Source: Adineta vaga
Lineage: Eukaryota; Animalia; Rotifera
Direction: 5' to 3'
DNA length: 64,000 bases
Assembly: GCA_021613535.1 (NCBI GenBank)
Contig: CP075495.1
Coordinates: 1-64,000, forward strand
Positions within the stretch are counted from its first letter, which is position 1. Each line of letters starts with the position of its first letter. The notes beneath the pieces were generated by a model, which searched no databases, had not been told where the DNA came from, and saw only the letters and a list, made by a program, of their open reading frames with translations. This document shows, piece by piece, positions 39,883 through 53,096 of this stretch. The translations under genes and the position numbers were made by a program.

Positions 39883-40673
39883 TTGACCTAATTCGGTCAC
39901 TAATAGCAAATCGAATCTTTGTAAGATATAATATTCGAAAATTTAATATAAAAATCTAAAAAAAACTATTTAGACTAATGTATACAACCAAAATCATGTT
40001 TCTCATCTCCAACTTCATATAACAATATAAAATTGAGTGAAATAGGAAGAAAAATATAGAATCAATAGAACGAACCAATATTTTTTCCTTATTGTTAGCA
40101 TACTTTTGTATGTCAAAATAATTCAATTTTCATAAGTTTTTGAGCTAACAAATATTTACCTTTAATTGTACAAATTTATTTATTGCAATCTCATAACCAT
40201 TTATGGACTCTTAAATATAGTTTAAGATAACTAATCTATTGATCGTTCAATTTTTTCAACTATATTTACTCGTTTCTGATGCTGAAGTGTTTTCTTTGTT
40301 AAACTTGTAAATTAATCTTCATGAAATCCATATATTTGAGCTTATCGTTTTTTTTCATGTTTTTTGTATTATAGAATCTCACTCTTATACTGGGATACTC
40401 ATGTGTCAGTGTTCATTACGATCAGAAAACGTATTATAAGCTTGGAATAACCATAATTAATTCCTTGCCGATCAAACGCTTATAACAGGTGTATTTTTTA
40501 TTTTTATTTTTGTTTCGCAAATTGTACTGTTTTTAATCGTTTTGTTATTACAAAAATAAACTGACACTGATTATTGCTTTCTCTCTGAATCTTTTCGAAA
40601 AACCAAGTATCATATAAAATTATTAAAATTTTTTTTATTTATATTGTTACGTTATTCTTTCAGAAAAGGGCCC

Positions 40674-40700
40674 GCGAATCCAGAGGATGAGCCTTACTTG
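40674..40700 (+). terminator. Putative Helitron 1 3' terminus (hairpin + CTTG|T)
   Basis: GC-GA-ATC-cagag-GAT-GA-GC-ctta-CTTG|T, same architecture and spacing as 62798-62825. Confidence 0.7.
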
Positions 40701-40719
40701 TGTGTAACGTAGCCAGAAT

Positions 40720-42963
40720 CTAAGAGTACTTACGATTTGTATATATTTGTTTTTGGGTAACATAGTAGTTCATTAACAATACAGCTGCTTTTGCTGTATC
40801 TTGAGATTCTACTATCCATTTGTGAGTTTGTTTAAAATCTTTTACAGCTCGTTTAAGCATATCAAATACTGGTGGCGTAGTATCAACGTAACTAGGTAAT
40901 GGACTATGTTCAATCAATTGGTCAAAAACAGCTGAAGCTAAAGAGGTGGCATGTAACGCTCCAGCTAATCTGCTCACTTGTACTTTTGCCTTTCTCAAGA
41001 TAGATCATAGACCTTGATCGATACCATATGCTGCACGTATCTGATGTGTGTATTCGTCGAAGTAGTGTTGATTACCTGTACAGTAACAGAATGAGAAGCA
41101 GCTAATCATTGAAAAAATATTATTATATATATATTATTAAGTATTAGGTGGTTATTTGTTATCTTTTCGAATGTTAACTACACATATTCCCCTACAATAC
41201 TATTATTGTTTTAATTCTTTTAGAACGATCGTTATTTAGCTGTTCCAGTTAAAAGAAAAAATTATCAAATTAAAATACTGCACCTGTTGCGCATCATTCG
41301 AGTACGAATATATTATACGTTTGTCATCACGATCTGTTGTTTGCCGTATATCATTATGCTCCGCTGAATTAAAACAATATATAATATATAGTAAGTGAGT
41401 AAGACTTGGTTCATCAATATTAAGATTTGTAATTTCATCCGACAAAGGGATGCAGGGTTCGGTAGCAGCAAAAAGAAATAGCGCCATAAGTCCATCATCA
41501 TCTGTCTCATTGGAGACGGATGAAAATATGTCAGCAGGATGTGCAGCTGCAGCAATATTAACCCTTTCGAGGCGATGAGACCCACCGGTGTGTCTCATTA
41601 TATTTCAAGAAGAAATGTCATAGAAAAACGCTTTCTTTTCCTTTTTTTTCTTATAGGAAAGGCTACAGATAATGTATTATCTATTCTACGTTCGTTATTT
41701 TCCGAATCATCTATTGCATACTATAATGCTTTTCGTTGAAACAATCAAGACAAAAAACATTTTCACAATCAGAATAGAAAGTTTTTATTTTCTTTGCTGT
41801 TGCTAAACTCGCTTCTCGCGATTGCTGAGGGTATAGAGAGTGACGCACACAGGATGTTATAGAAGATGATATCCATATAAAAAAATTCAGGTAGAGAATA
41901 TCTAAAATATGTAGGGCAGGATATCATGAAATGATATCTTTAAAAACATATTCTGAAGATAAAGAATTTTATCCATGTACAGAGAAACAAGTGGCATATG
42001 AAGTAAACTGCATTTGTTAGAAAAATACGTCTCACCAGAAAACATCTAAATCAACTCAAAAATTCAATTCTTTCAATACACATAAGAGAAAAGAATCGAA
42101 AGTAATGATACGAAAAGAACATAAAACGAAAAACAAATTAATTGCACTTCTTTGTCTCGCTTCTATCGCATAAAATACGTGTGAAAAATAGTGAACTTCA
42201 ATAACTATCCAATTAAATGGAAGCGAGGATTCTTCATACATTCATGGGAACAAGACAAAGAGAAACAAACGGTCATATACCCTCAAAAACGCTAACAGGT
42301 GTATTTATAGAGAATAAATATACATGAAAAACAATAAATTTTAGCTCTTTTTTAAAAAAATTCAATCGCCTCGAAAGGGTTAAGGACCGGATTTTCAACT
42401 ACAATATTTCCTGATTTTGTTTGACGTTTAACGACTGATGATGAGTTATATAAAGTGCACATGATTGATCGGTCATAAGCAGCACCGCCTTATTTGTATA
42501 AACTGAACGATTGCAACAGAGTAACTGCTTTATCCCATATTTGTATCAATTTAGGTGAAGTATTTTTCAATTCAGTTAAAAGTGACTCAACCGTTGCACA
42601 ACAATTGCCTCGACTTTTCTCTAGTTTTACACCTATATGCTTTTCGATGAGGAGACATCCTTTCAGAACAGCATCTGTTGCACTTGATTTATTTACACTA
42701 AGATATCCAATAATTGTTGTAAAAAATGAAATATTTGTTGGTGTACCGGTGTTGCTACGCATTTGACTGACATTGAGAAAATGACCAATGGCAGGTAACA
42801 ACATTGTAATCAAATATTCATGAAGCATCTGACTGCTGCAACAAATGTTACTGATAACGCTGCATATATTTTCATCGAAAATTTTAGTAACATCCATTTG
42901 ATATGAGGCAGCCTTTTGCATTATGCTACGCACTTTATGTGTAGATATTCCTTTTGAAGACAT
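40720..42963 (-). pseudogene. DUF3987/YfjI-like P-loop ATPase, interrupted by a MITE
   Basis: IIGYLSVNKSSA (decayed Walker A), TVESLL, IWDK, GGAAYDRS; removing the TTAA element restores ENPVLNIAAAAHP...DDGLMALFLF; last exon RKAKVQVSRLAGALH; internal stops. Confidence 0.7.
41562..42379. mobile_element. Non-autonomous piggyBac-type element
   Basis: 15-bp TIR CCCTTTCGAGGCGAT; TTAA TSD at 41558-41561 and 42380-42383; precise removal restores the host reading frame. Confidence 0.93.
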
Positions 42964-43761
42964 TGATAATGTAAAGAGAAGCGAGAGTAAAATTACCAAA
43001 AGTAGAACAACAATAATATGAAATATGAAATCGAATGAGTTCGAGTACTTTAGTGTGCTCAGCCGTGACCAGTGCATTATACACATCTGAGTGAGTAAGC
43101 ATACTTATACTTTGACAAAAACATGTTTTGATCTGTTTCATCTCAAAATTTCGATTATAGCTGAACATTTCGCATTCGTAACTTGCAAACATCAATGTGA
43201 AAGTACAACAACTCATCACGACTGACTTGGCGATTAATCCTTTTTCGGTTCATTGTTCTCAATTTATTCTCATTATCAATACATCGTTTCGTCCTCATCC
43301 ACAACACCTGGATTTTGTATTTCGATTCAAATATATTGTACGTATACTTAACAGTACAACTCATATCGTCAATTATTTGGTATTGCTTAAACAATTGTTT
43401 TCATTGACTGATCAATTGTCGATTTAAACTCAATATTTGAATTTATATTATCAATTCAATTGATATTAATTCAATCATTCGTTTTACTCAAATCATCTTT
43501 TGCTGCTTTATTAGTGTATTGATATTTATTCTGTCAGAAATTGCGTTGGATAGAAATTAACATGTTCGTACTGACTTTGGTTCGATATTTATATATATTC
43601 GCATATTTACTCGTTTATTGTAATTTAAGCTTTTATCATAATACGTAGAATTTGTTAACTTTTTTGGAAATATATTTGAAATCTTTATTGATAATCTATA
43701 TATAAGACATTGTTTTACATTTAACGTTGCGAATTAAAATAAAAAATAGTTGCATCGAAAA

Positions 43762-45456
43762 ATGGCTTCTTCCTCGAAATTTGACATAAACAGTATTTTA
43801 TATCCTCTTACTTCATTTGAAATGGCAACGAATCTTCACCAATTAAACATGAAAATTAATAAATTTACTCCTCGTCGTAATTATCATATTACGTGCCTAT
43901 TAAATCGTATTTTTGAAACAAAATTTTCTCCTGAGCAAATTGGAATTCGTTTAGAAAATTGGAAATCACTCATGCCAATATATAAAGACTTTTTTGTAAT
44001 AAGATCTATGGAAGAAGTCGAGAGACATATCAAGAATTATTATTCTAATCAACTTAATAATTTTTCGGCATCACTCATCAATTGTTTTATACCTTTAATC
44101 ACTCATTGTATGAATAATAATTGTGCAAGAAATGAGTTGGCAAATCCGATTCCTCACCACGACGTCACGATTTTCTGCTGTGGTGAGAGATCGAAGAAAG
44201 GAACAGTGTTCTTCAAACAATGTATTAAATGTAATTATAAATATTTTTATAATTATTATCTTCGTCCAGACGGTCAGAAGATGTTGACGATTCATCCTGA
44301 TGATGAAATATTCGCTGTTTTTTCAAATTATGGATATGAAAAACGTCTTCTTTTACAGATCGATGGCGATATTTTATTCAAACATTGTGGCTTCTCAAAT
44401 TGTGCTAATGCTTTCAATTATTTAAATGATAAATTTGAAGGAAAAGAAGGTGATAATATGAATCGTTTTCATCTTCAAAAAACATTGTTTCTTTGGCGTC
44501 TCGGCAATTTTGGTGCAAGCGAAAATTTCCGTATGCCTATTCCAGATCAACAAGATTTTCATACAACACTTCTGAATATATTACCGGACGTTAAAGATTT
44601 ATTTACTAGAAAATGGGGTAAAAGAGATCATAAATATTGCAAAGGACCATGTAGCGCAACTATCGTACTGGATGGACATCAAAAAGCAACCAGAAGAGTT
44701 TGTGCTGTGAAAAATATATCTATTCCAAGTATTGATGGGTCTATTGGTGACGTTAAAGTTGGATGTTCAGCTAGACCTGAATATAGAAGTAAAAGATGTC
44801 GTGAACATTTATCAACGAACGATGATGATAACAATGATCAAAAAGAACATTTGAACATGCAAATCCCTCGAGTTCGTCGTTTTCTCAGGAGAAGAACAAG
44901 AAAAAATAGAGGTCGATTTCATCTTCAATGTAAAACATTAAAGTCGTTACTATATAAACGTATCTTGCAACGCACATCTGGAATTGTCGCTGCTGCTTTT
45001 AACTGTGGATTTGTCTGCAGTATTTCCGAATTATTCAGATATGAATCTATAACGCAAATATATAACTTTCTCGTTTATATGTATCAAAATATCGAAAATT
45101 TTCTCGAAATTTTAATTTACGATGATGCCTGCCACTTGAAACTGTTTATCAAAAATTCTAATAATTTTATTCAAACAACTCGCGCACGACAAAAACTAGA
45201 AAGACTAAAATTTTTTGCGATAAACTACATTATCGAAATCATATAGATCCTTGGTGTCGTCAAAATACTAATCCATATAATGATCCAGTTGCTAATTCTA
45301 CTAATACTGAGATATGTGAACAAATTTTTGCATGGCTTGCACAATATAAAAATGTCGTTAGAGGTTTTAATGAATCTACCTTTTTAATTTATATGTCTTC
45401 TTTGTGATTTGTATAATACTAACAGATATGATAACTTACGTAGAGAGTATTTGTGA
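43762..45456 (+). pseudogene. CxC/KDZ-type transposase, intronless, frameshifted near the C-terminus
   Basis: CxxC clusters; CSATIVLDGHQKATRRVC; YDDACHLK; after a frameshift at ~45215 CDKLHYRNHIDPWC...NTEICEQIFAWL; second frameshift ~45395. Confidence 0.82.
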
Positions 45457-47836
45457 TCAAATACACATACAACTAATACTATGTAGTTTATATAGCAAAC
45501 AGCATACAATTTTCTTGTTATGCTTGCTTAACACTTTTACTCACTGAGAAGTTCTTTCTTGCTCACACACTTAGACACCCTTTTATTTATAATAAAATTG
45601 TCGATGTTGATTTTTTCTTATGATATTGTTACGAAATCTCTTTCATTCAAAATCCTTTTCGTTCTCTAGTTTTATCTTAATAAATGTAGGACATTGATAC
45701 GCTGTGTTCGGAAAAAAAATGACTATTGATAAAGTAAAATGGTATTCTGTTCATTTTTTGTTTTTCATACTCAGACTATTTAGTGATGTTTCCTAGACTC
45801 AATAGTCAGATATCCTTTTTAATCTCCAAGAACCTTTTCTTCGTCAGTTATTTTTACTTTAGAAAGGTATTGAGCTGTAACAAATCAGCACATATTTTAC
45901 TGGTGATCTATTATGAAACCTCGCTGTAGATAGATTGTATCTCCGAAAAACAGCGCAATCATAAATGTTGATATAATAAAGATAAATGAAACAATATAAT
46001 ACCTAAAAAATCTAAACAATAAATAGAAAACAAATGGCTAGATGCTTTTTTCGTTCGTTAATTTCGAATATATTCATCGAACGATATCTTTTTTTTTCAA
46101 TTATACACACATGTGTACATGACCTATACGTCATCATAGGTAATTCAAGAGAGAATTTTTCTCTTACCGATACATTTCTGTCGTTGAAAACAGGTCTATT
46201 CGATTCGAAATCAAATTCTGCATCGATTGAAACTAGTTTTAGTTGAGATCAGAATGAGCGATAAAAAAGAGAACATGTACAAGATTGATATAAAGATTAA
46301 TAGATTTGAGTAGAAAAAAAAGAGAATATAAATCATTCTGTTCATGAATGTATATTTTTTTCATCAGATAAAAACATGAATATTTGATTAGAATATTATG
46401 ATGAAATTTATTTCAATATAAACCTTTTTTTTGGTATTGTCATTATTTGCCATAACGCCCACCCTCAGACATTTCCTTCTAAACATTTGTGACCTTGTAT
46501 ATTGATGATAGTTGTGAGATTATTTTCTATTTTTACTGATAGAGAAATAACATACAAAAGAGATCGTTTTTGAAAACTTTTCCATTTTTCAACTGATTAA
46601 GTCACCACAATTTTTCTGTAAAATCTTTTAATACCTATGAAAGAAAAAGTAAATAAATAAAATCAGCCCACACCACGGATTTCCCGCTCGATATCAATGA
46701 AATAGAAAAACAAAGTTTCTCTCTATTACACCTGAACAGATCATAAGAAAGCTTCATATTTTGAGTAACAGAAAAAAAAGTAAAAACTATTGTATGCTTC
46801 TTATGAAAAAACCGATCATTGAATATCCCGTATGTCCCGTTCTTCAAAAAATCTATTTATCATATATGAAGAAAAAATTCTGTTTTTGTCTGAATACAAG
46901 TTTCAATGTGACGCATGTCCCGCGAATACAAAAATCTGTCTACTGTTTGAAGAAAAACAAAATTCTATTTCTCTTTTCATACGAATTCCAATGTACCTCC
47001 TGTCCCCAAAGTAAAAAAACATCTATCTAAGTTTAAAGACAAACGACATAGTTTATTTATGGTAGTTAAAATGATTACTTATACATTTATCAATTATAAT
47101 ATCTTCTCTATGAGTTAAATGAAAAAATAGATAGATATAGAAATTGTTTTTGTATTTATATCAATTCCAAACTCAACTAAATTCTCTAACCGACTGCCAT
47201 ATAGTGATATTATTAAGCATATCTTTCGATGTTAATTAATCTCGTTATCGTCCTTCTGCGTTCAATCACAATTACACCCTTTTATCAAATGTAAATATGT
47301 CACGTCTCTTTATATGATAAATACATTCCTATTAAACTACGTTTATACATATGTACGTCTGCTTTTCATGAATGTTTTTTTCTTTTTGAACAATTAGCTA
47401 AATGAATGAGAGATTAGCTCTCGTCTGCTCTTCCTCTCTCTCCTTTAGCGACGATAATTCATTCATACAGTCATAAAAATATAATTCTAAAAATTTTAAA
47501 TAAACTCCAAAGTTTAACCTTACACATCCTTATCTTCGACAACTATATTGTATTATTACGAACTCATATAATTCTGGTACAGTACAGTTTTGTCTTTGAT
47601 TTTAACTAATATAGAATTCGATACTGATTAGATTCCGATATTCTGATTTTGTTCTGTTAAAAAAACACTTCATATCTATCTAATCAACCATGTTGTGTTT
47701 TTTTTCAAAGTGTTTCTACTTGTTTCTTATAGCTATTAACACCTTTTATAGATAAATTGCAAAGTGCTGTTATCATCTTATTGACTTAAGGCGATTGATT
47801 TTTTAAACTGATATATCGTTGTTGAAATTGAGTATC

Positions 47837-50115
47837 ATGATACACTCGAAAAGTTTTCTTTTTGTTTTGCTCATTTTGTTTGGTATTGATCGGACTCTCG
47901 CTATAAAAAGTAATTTTCTTGCAATCGTCAAAAATAGTACCCTTGTACATCACAAACAAACCAATACAATATGGGAGCATTTAGGATCATATGCTCAAAT
48001 GGAAGACACAGTCAATTTTGTTTTAGAAATTCCGGTATTTCAATTTATGTGTGATGTTTTTCCGGTTTCAATGGCTTTTGGTATGCAGGCCTGCACAATA
48101 TCGAAATCGTGTTTTAGAAAATGGTAGTGCACGTTGATCGAATGAACTGTTTGACGCTCAGATAGGACAACGACAGAAACGTCAAATAGAAGAAATTGCT
48201 TTAGGCGGTGCATTGATGTATGGTGGATACAAGATTATCGGTGATCTTTTTGGAGGAAAAAATGATGAAATCATACGTCGGTTGGATGAAAGTGAAAACT
48301 TTCAAATGCATCAGAAAAAGTTAGATGATGCCCTGGTTACATCAATTTTATCGTTGGAGGATGACAATTTAGGTTTGTTGAAGAATTTCAAAAATTTGTT
48401 TGATAGTGTGAATGAAACACGTTGTTTGATTTTTAATCTTTTGAAGATGTCGTTGAGAGAGCAAAGAGCTTTCACAGGTTGGGCAAAGTTTTCTTTGGAG
48501 AGTGAAATCCGGCGACATTATGAACAAGTAATAGCTGCATTCACAAGAGTTGCAAATCATGATTTGAATCTAGAGATGTTTTCTCCAGAACAAAGAACAT
48601 TCATCCATGAATTTTTGTGAAATCGAATTCAAAAGAATTTACCGTTGAATTTTTCGGTTTCGTTGGCTCAGTTTGTACCTAATCTTTTAGTTCAACAACT
48701 AATCTCATTTTCTCAAGTGAATGAAAGTCAAATTGTTTACGAATTGAAGGAAGATGATTTCAATTTTATTGTTGATACTGATTCGCATGATGTTGTTGCT
48801 CAGAATGAAACAATTGATCTTGATTCAATACTTCCAAAAACTGTTGGGTATGTTCGGATTGAAAATTGTTTTGGTATTCTAACAATTTCTTCGAAGAAAA
48901 CGATGGACTTGTTTAAAATCACACCTCTTCCAATGTTTGTTGCTGGAAAAAAAGCCGTGTATACGGCAAATCTCCCTCAATATTTGCCATTGAGTGAAGA
49001 TGGTAGTTCATCGGAGTGGTCGGATAATAAAGATCGAAAGTGTACTGTTGATGAAAAGTCGAAGTATATGTTCTGTTGTGTTCCAATGCCCATATTCAAT
49101 TCAATTCAACACGCTTGTTTACGGTCAATCATATTCAACACATCAACGAGCGATTGCTTGAGAGAAACCGTTGATTTGTTATCACCACATGTTGTCAAAT
49201 TAGCACTCAATATACACGCAATTAGCGTCGATATGTCGTTGCAATGTTTTGAAAAAGATGACAAGGAGAACAAAAATACATTCAGCAACATAACGAAATC
49301 TGCTATCATTAAAACGCGCTGTAATAGTTTCATATCTTGTGGTACACTTGATTTTTGATCGTTGGGTGGCGTTTGTGAAAACGTTGAAAGGTATGTATTT
49401 AGTTTCAACAATAGCTATGAAACTTTATTCAAACTTGACAAATCAGTGAATCCGGTCGATGTTGAAATCAATAGTTTAAAAGAAATGATGGATATTTCGT
49501 CTTTAATCGATTCAGCTCTCGAACATAAAAAATATGTAGAAAATGCTCACCTTGAATTTCAATCCAACATTAATCGTACAATAAGGACAAAAGCCTGGCC
49601 AAAAGTTATGATAGGAATTTTGATTGTCATGTTGATTGTAGTTGTTTGTGTTGTTTTTTTTTGCATCTAAGATTTGTTTGAAAAAGGTTGCTTGTATCAC
49701 TAACGGTAGAAAATTATTTGGTCAATTAGTCGGTATATATTCAAAAAATAGAAAAAGTGATGTTAATAATACTTCACTCGAGATGAAAGTTGATGTTTTA
49801 CCATTTGTAACAAATAGCACGTTTTATGACAATGTAAATTCTAACGGAAAAACTACCGACCAGTTCCAGCTTCTCTTAAACAAAATTATTTGTAATGATT
49901 TCGTTGACTACTCATTACAATTGAATTGTTCACCAAAAGAGATATTATCTTTTAATTCATCAAATATTTTATCAACGGATGGTTCGAATAGAAAACCCAA
50001 CCCAGCACCAAGAAAAATTTATGATTATATGCGAGAGTCTTTAGATCTATCGTCTGACCATTCGAGCATTACATCTGGAAATTTTTTTGAAGAAGATCAT
50101 ATAAACGTAGAATAA
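47837..50115 (+). pseudogene. Second class I fusion (env/F-like) glycoprotein, decayed
   Basis: Signal peptide; furin site RQKR at 48171-48182 followed by QIEEIALGGALMYGGY; heptad region; Cys-rich region; TM VMIGILIVMLIVVVCVVFF; tail in the shifted ORF 49642-50115; several stops and frameshifts. Confidence 0.72.
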
Positions 50116-53096
50116 TACTACATCTTTTCATTTGAGATTTACAAAAATCAATCGCCTTTCGTTCAATTTTTATCATATATTCTGTTTTAGATTAGTTAAA
50201 TGTAGAATCAAGCATGATTTGTTATGTAGTCGTTTTTACTGTTGAACTAACACTGTTTTATTTCTTGTCTTTGTATCCATATCCTTAATCTATGATGATG
50301 AATTATTATGGTGATATCTTGATCAACAACTCTTATTCTTACGTTTATTTGACGATGTAAATTCATTTTATGACCATTTTACAAATGGTAATTCATGAAA
50401 TAATTTATAATGATGAATATGTACGTTTCAAAGAAGTCAATGATAAGATGAAGATTCATCCATGAAAAACACAAACAAAACATATAATGACTTATTCTGA
50501 TATTCCAGTATGTATCATCTTTCGATCTGTACACAATCAATAAAAATAAGAATTTTATAATGTATTAATTATATAATCATCACTTTTACAATATTAATGG
50601 AACATTTATCTCATCACAGTTGGTTTTTTTTAAATTACAACTGTCATCACTCATCCATTATATTACTATCTAGTTATTTCATATTCTCATATTACTTTTG
50701 TCTTTTTTTATTATCGTAGTTTTTCAAACGAAATTTTTCGTTTTTATTGTTGTAGTTTATTAAATTAGTTTTTCGTTTTTTATACGTCGACACCATCATT
50801 TCATTCCAGTTACAATAATAAAATCACGACTACTTAAAGGCAGCTCAATTTCTTAAAAAGTTGTATTTTGTTTTAATCAATTTTTTCACTTATAAACTCA
50901 AGATATATCATCAGTCAACGAAATCTTGGGTAAACAGACTAAGAAAATTATTTTCTATGACATATTTTCATAATAACTTACATTCAGTAAAATTGTAGAC
51001 AAAACAAGAAATAATGAAAAGAAAGAGGCTGTGTTTATGAGATTAGCACGATTTTTTCTTTGATTCCAGTCATCAAAATAATTTTGGTTTTTCTTTTGTA
51101 AATATTTTTCTATTAATAAATCAATAGGTAATGTTGTTGTTAATACACCATCAGATGAAATTGTTGTTCGATGACGAACATGAATTTTCATTACGCCTTG
51201 ACTCTTGCCGACGATTGATAGTCGATATACAACACTCGGTGTTGATGCTTTTTACGAAAATCAAAATTTATTTTATGAAAAAAGATGTAAAAAGCTTATA
51301 ATTGATGTGCCATATACCTGTCCCATTTTCTCCAAAGGAATCGGCTATTGTAATAATGCAAAGAAATATAACGATAGAACTTTGCCACTTCATTTTATGA
51401 ATAAAACGCTACAATTGAACTCATAACACATATACAAATGACGTGTATCCATCTCTAATGACCGTTGTCAAGGAAATGATTTTCCATTCTAACAAAAAAT
51501 TCGTTCTATTCCTTTGTTATCAATACATCATCATTCTTTTGCTCTTTTCGTTCATAAATAAGCAGCTGCTGCTGGTTATAAATTGCAATGAAAAACAAAT
51601 CTTTGCTTTGAGAAAACTTATATCTCCGAAGTTAGGTAAGATAGTTTAATTAATCATATGGTCACTCTGCTTGAAAAAAATTACGAAAAAAATGTTTATT
51701 TTCAAAAAAGTAAATTCAACGAAAATTATTGTCTTCGTGCAATAAAGAATAAAGATATGTATATTTAAGATAATACAGGTGATTAAATAAGGAAATTCAT
51801 ATTTATAAACAACAATAAAGCAGGGCTTTTTTTGTTGATGAACCGCCTATTTAATCGTCTTCAAATAGCTCGCAAAGAATAGAAAAGTATATAGAAATGA
51901 AAACAAGATTTCTTTCATATCTTTTCTATCTTACTTTCATTCTTAGTTTTTATGCGTCATATTAGAATCTCATTGATCATGAAAAAGAAATGTGTCCAAG
52001 GTTTTCCGGTGTTATATTGAATTTTGATCTATCAATCAGAAACATTTTTTATTGTTTTGCTTAGCTTTATATTCTAAAATAAAAATTATCTTCATCTCTG
52101 TTTCATAAACAATAAAGATCTTTTTTTTTATCTTAGTTATTTAGAAGAAAAGATTAAAGTCATATTTATTTTACTATGTATGATAAGATAAAACAAAAAT
52201 AAAGTAACTTCTCCATGCTAGACAATGCATAAGAGCCCATTGCTTAATGTTGTCATAAAAATAAGAACTGATTCTATTTTGCTTTGCCAAAAAACTTTTA
52301 TAAAAGATATTTATGATATTTTTCTAATGAGAATCTTTTGTCAACGCTACGTTTATCGTTAATATTTGATTATTCATTGTTAGAAATTTCATCCATAGTT
52401 TTGATTATTTATTTTACACTTAAAGTTTTACATGGCAAAGGGATCGATATTATTCTCTTAATCGATAGCAATGAATACCTTTCGCTTTCATAATTCACTG
52501 ATTTATATCCGTATCGAGCTACCACTCAGTAAGGAAAATCAATAATATTGCATTTAAAGTGTATCGGCATCATACAATAGATAACAAACAACGGAACAAA
52601 AAAGATACTTATGATAATCCGAGATGTTGCCTTGTTATTATTATTATTCGATAAAATTACGAGTAAATACTACAATTTTTTATTTATATAACTCAGATAT
52701 CGAAAATCGTTATTATTATGAACCAACAATAACGGAACTTAAAATGATTGTCTTTTCTAATATATCAAGGAAAAAATCACGACACTTGTTTGTTATTTTG
52801 AGAAAGAATAATGATACTAATGTATTATGCTTAATTCTTATTATTTATTTTAGAATAGCAAATTATGACAGAAATTCGTGTCGTTATTTTCACGCTAATG
52901 ATAAAATAACAATTATTTTAATAAATAATATTATAATACTTATCTGAATTCATTTAAATATAGATAAAATTCATCAAACACAATTTACTTTCGTATTGTT
53001 CATTTAGCAGATGTAATATTCCATTTTTGCCTCGATACACAAAAAATTGCTTAATCAGAACTTGATTTATATCGCAGAAAAAAACGCAATTAAAAG

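Larger units (their letters stand above)
29539..40700 (+). mobile_element. Helitron 1, minimum extent (5' end not located, may extend to ~23.3 kb)
   Basis: Rep-Hel gene, then F-like gene, then hairpin plus CTTG|T terminus homologous to the Helitron 2 end. Confidence 0.7.

Noticed and set aside
37599-50115. F genes as env of an LTR retrovirus
   Set aside because: No gag, protease, RT or integrase and no LTR pair or PPT flanks either gene; the only LTR is inserted inside the first gene
50200-53050. Short ORFs such as 50955-51191, 51205-51426 and 52624-52947 as capsid or accessory genes
   Set aside because: Short, AT-biased, no recognisable motifs; cannot be supported without a profile search
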